Shown: positions 32,601-33,936 of the stretch, piece by piece
Layout of the letters: each line of letters starts with the position of its first letter
Position numbering within the stretch: position 1 is the stretch's first letter
NCBI GenBank assembly: GCA_008369845.1
Contig: MRSU01001970.1
Span: forward strand, 1-33,936
DNA from: Trichomonas gallinae
Taxonomy: Eukaryota
Direction: 5' to 3'
DNA: 33,936 nt
Made by a program: the position numbers and the translations under genes
The notes under the pieces: model-generated
What the model saw: the letters and a program-made list of their open reading frames with translations, nothing else
What the model was told of the DNA's origin: nothing
Databases searched by the model: none

Positions 32601-33936
32601 TGGGAGCAATATTCAAAATCGTTTTGTGCACATATGATAAAATCTTTGAAAACGCAGTTGTCAATTTAACAGCAGAAATTGGTAAATATCAAGAACGAAT
32701 TTCATTAGTTATTGACCACTTCAATGCACTTGATCTCGGAAGTCCAGAGCAAGGTCCATTTGATGGATTAGAAGAAATCATTGACTATGCTACTAAAGCC
32801 ATTTATTGCTACAGCAAAGAAATACCTCCAGCAAACTTCTTGAGAAGTGTCCACTGCTTCTCCGCTCCACAGCAGTTCGAACTTGTTATTGCTTTGCTAA
32901 AGAAATTTGGATCTGAAATGACTGAAAAGACTCCAATTTATCCTGATCCATCAGAGAAAACATTGTCTCAGTTGTGGCAAGTTGGTCCAGTCGAGCTTTA
33001 CGAGGTATTCTTCTTTAAGGCAGGAAATGAAATCGTACCTTTACTCAGCCAGAGAATTGATGACATGCATAAGAAGATCATTCTTTCAGGAATTCTCTAT
33101 ATGTGTGCCGAGCTTCTCTTAACAGGTGTGGTGCTGATGGCGGCGAAGCAAGAGAATGATTTCCTCAAGTTCTCTTTGAAAGCATTCCTTAGATGCCCGC
33201 CAATAGCAATATTCTCAAATCATAGAGTTATGAATCTGCTATGCGGAACATATAGCACAAGAATTGATGATATGGGAGAAAGACATGCTACTTACTACGA
33301 AGAAGTCGTCAATAAATTAGATGATATTGTTATTGTTGCAAGTGATGAAACAAGGAAGATTTACAATGTTAACAGTGCTTTCGTGAATATGTTTGGAATT
33401 GAAAAGAACGAAATTGAAAATTATCCGTTTGATGAGTTTTTGGCCAGAGTTAGTTTCGAGTCAGATGAAGAAATCTCTAAAGTATTCTCCAGCCTCACCA
33501 ATGTCAGATACAGAAATGCAAAAGGTGAAATCGTTTATCTTGAGTTTTCCTCTGTTTCTGTTTCTGGAAGAAGAATTATTTATGCAACAAATCAAACACA
33601 AAACGTGTTGCATGAGAAACTTATTGCTGAAGAAAAGCAGAAGTCAGACAGGATGCTTTCTTCTATTCTTCCACCATCAATGGTTCCAAGAGTTCAGGCA
33701 GGAGAGAAGAACATTTCTTTTGCTGTTCAATCAGTTTCTGTTCTCTTCTTGGACATTGTTTCATTCACTCCATGGTGCGGCTCACATGATGCACAGTACG
33801 TCATGAGAATGCTGAACCTCATGTTCAAGAGATTAGATGCGCTCACTGCAATGCATAAGACAATGACGAAGATCAAGTGCATTGGTGATTGCTACATGGC
33901 AGCAGGTGGTATTTTCGACGAAGTTAATCAGCCAGC
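29624..33936 (+). CDS. Trichomonad transmembrane adenylate/guanylate cyclase (class III), copy 3, 3'-partial (runs off the window)
   Basis: Starts MDDNKYSTSMQTIDFLSSSPLKFEKLIHIP, homologous to copies 1 and 2. The window ends in the same frame at KIKCIGDCYMAAGGIFDEVNQP. Its absence from the ORF track is consistent with no in-window stop. Confidence 0.92.
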   Translation, partial: MDDNKYSTSMQTIDFLSSSPLKFEKLIHIPITTKIIDSLINLFNYLDIYGPKMPLVYSIVSVIRIFQLVGGAFMSANTNVFKQKSLAWYVMSKMTFFFHILPVEVRRRKAWIIQLSIDFILLIMAIYLIVTAFSYKSTSKVPAISTFLLSVFMAIGPFLLLPVAVQFQGQNVAGQISGKSYRDFKNIGADVFTFLMVILWLWIIIAAFTKNIVFRPCSLASVQGKPQTRLILTSTAVTFITGFTTYSSKYVSVIGLALCVFIYIYGATTVFGCGTFIKESHQTLVLTGCFAGMILCAVNIYPLLYPHPWGIEFFAIFAGVFLVLWIGCYLFVKGRSRKDLIILDEIEETEDITIIKPNKFKQMCVPGYTYAHPLCVSFKFFKLAIQEWTNEIEIFCMYTKFLAVYPEQESQLALICSHIAQMKKTNETLQRSTLASAAHILKTRETKLTPDLKSQIAKLQKLFMKTKNKVRNFWDLVLQGNVNEMHQSVQHAKPLVEECGVEMSFLMMQYPSNRFVLRQYIIFCKTVRCDPLESNKAIENLKKLNRGIEIIPDTVHSLGMAAFPNLPEYSITTTESLNEIKTMDSENWGTEENITCDELNIEALEALNKQVRNHKVPAITFIISSTIICYLSLVVIPLAALMIYFSFFKTEMKEPIIITEGIAKTSVTLAVLSGYAGRIFFRRLDDPHNTGHPIMDPLDFDYKFNFTAFGGNSKDIDILKYCTTQIPVSNAAISQIRKFKPNNPYMNQIRNFLFTNSINFTLYFNQTDYVKRLSSVTEITYMVSNHIGKFYDWGTAEGQMWTVENVLSSDSLTARHNTDGSLRAMGKSLDLMYVYYGNFKDTYILTFKITIVVLSAICIIVYITIYFVQLKKLRKNRYEILYILTTLPKTMISNISSSFSKVNNAGDSVKTETDADVNRQEESIVKLFGSITDGAGASSEMGALMVFSLMIIICCVSYYTILSDYIDLTEKVVGKSSHIYHLYGCAAYLYSVMGAIFKIVLCTYDKIFENAVVNLTAEIGKYQERISLVIDHFNALDLGSPEQGPFDGLEEIIDYATKAIYCYSKEIPPANFLRSVHCFSAPQQFELVIALLKKFGSEMTEKTPIYPDPSEKTLSQLWQVGPVELYEVFFFKAGNEIVPLLSQRIDDMHKKIILSGILYMCAELLLTGVVLMAAKQENDFLKFSLKAFLRCPPIAIFSNHRVMNLLCGTYSTRIDDMGERHATYYEEVVNKLDDIVIVASDETRKIYNVNSAFVNMFGIEKNEIENYPFDEFLARVSFESDEEISKVFSSLTNVRYRNAKGEIVYLEFSSVSVSGRRIIYATNQTQNVLHEKLIAEEKQKSDRMLSSILPPSMVPRVQAGEKNISFAVQSVSVLFLDIVSFTPWCGSHDAQYVMRMLNLMFKRLDALTAMHKTMTKIKCIGDCYMAAGGIFDEVNQP

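Noticed and set aside
1..33936. Spliceosomal introns, tRNA/rRNA, CRISPR arrays, Maverick/mariner transposons
   Set aside because: I did not see the trichomonad intron 3' motif (ACTAAC-ACACAG), cloverleaf structures, spacer-separated repeats, transposase/integrase ORFs or long terminal inverted repeats by eye.

Overview
AT-rich, intron-free eukaryotic DNA that looks like a trichomonad (parabasalid) genome. This is inferred from TCAY(T/A) initiator motifs just before ATGs, AAAGTGAC (M2-type) promoter motifs, a TvCP4-like cathepsin L and ~1550-aa transmembrane cyclases. It is probably a Trichomonas species other than the T. vaginalis reference, judging from my recollection of TvCP4. Gene order: ankyrin-repeat protein with a decayed tail (+); EF-hand protein (-); kinesin-8-like motor (+); HID1/dymeclin-like protein (-); a small Inr-preceded orphan ORF (-); TMEM33/Pom33-like membrane protein (+); PPP Ser/Thr phosphatase (+); Ssn6/Cyc8-like TPR protein (+); cathepsin L-like peptidase (+); then three tandem transmembrane class III cyclases (+), the third running off the window and absent from the ORF track. 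I saw no rRNA, tRNA, CRISPR or intact transposon. I cannot support a wholly new system. The best leads are the cyclase array (catalytic Arg replaced by Glu, PAS-like and TmcB-like modules, a visible recombination breakpoint), an IRE-like hairpin over the protease start codon, and a 12-mer promoter motif repeated exactly five times. All family assignments come from remembered motifs, not database searches.
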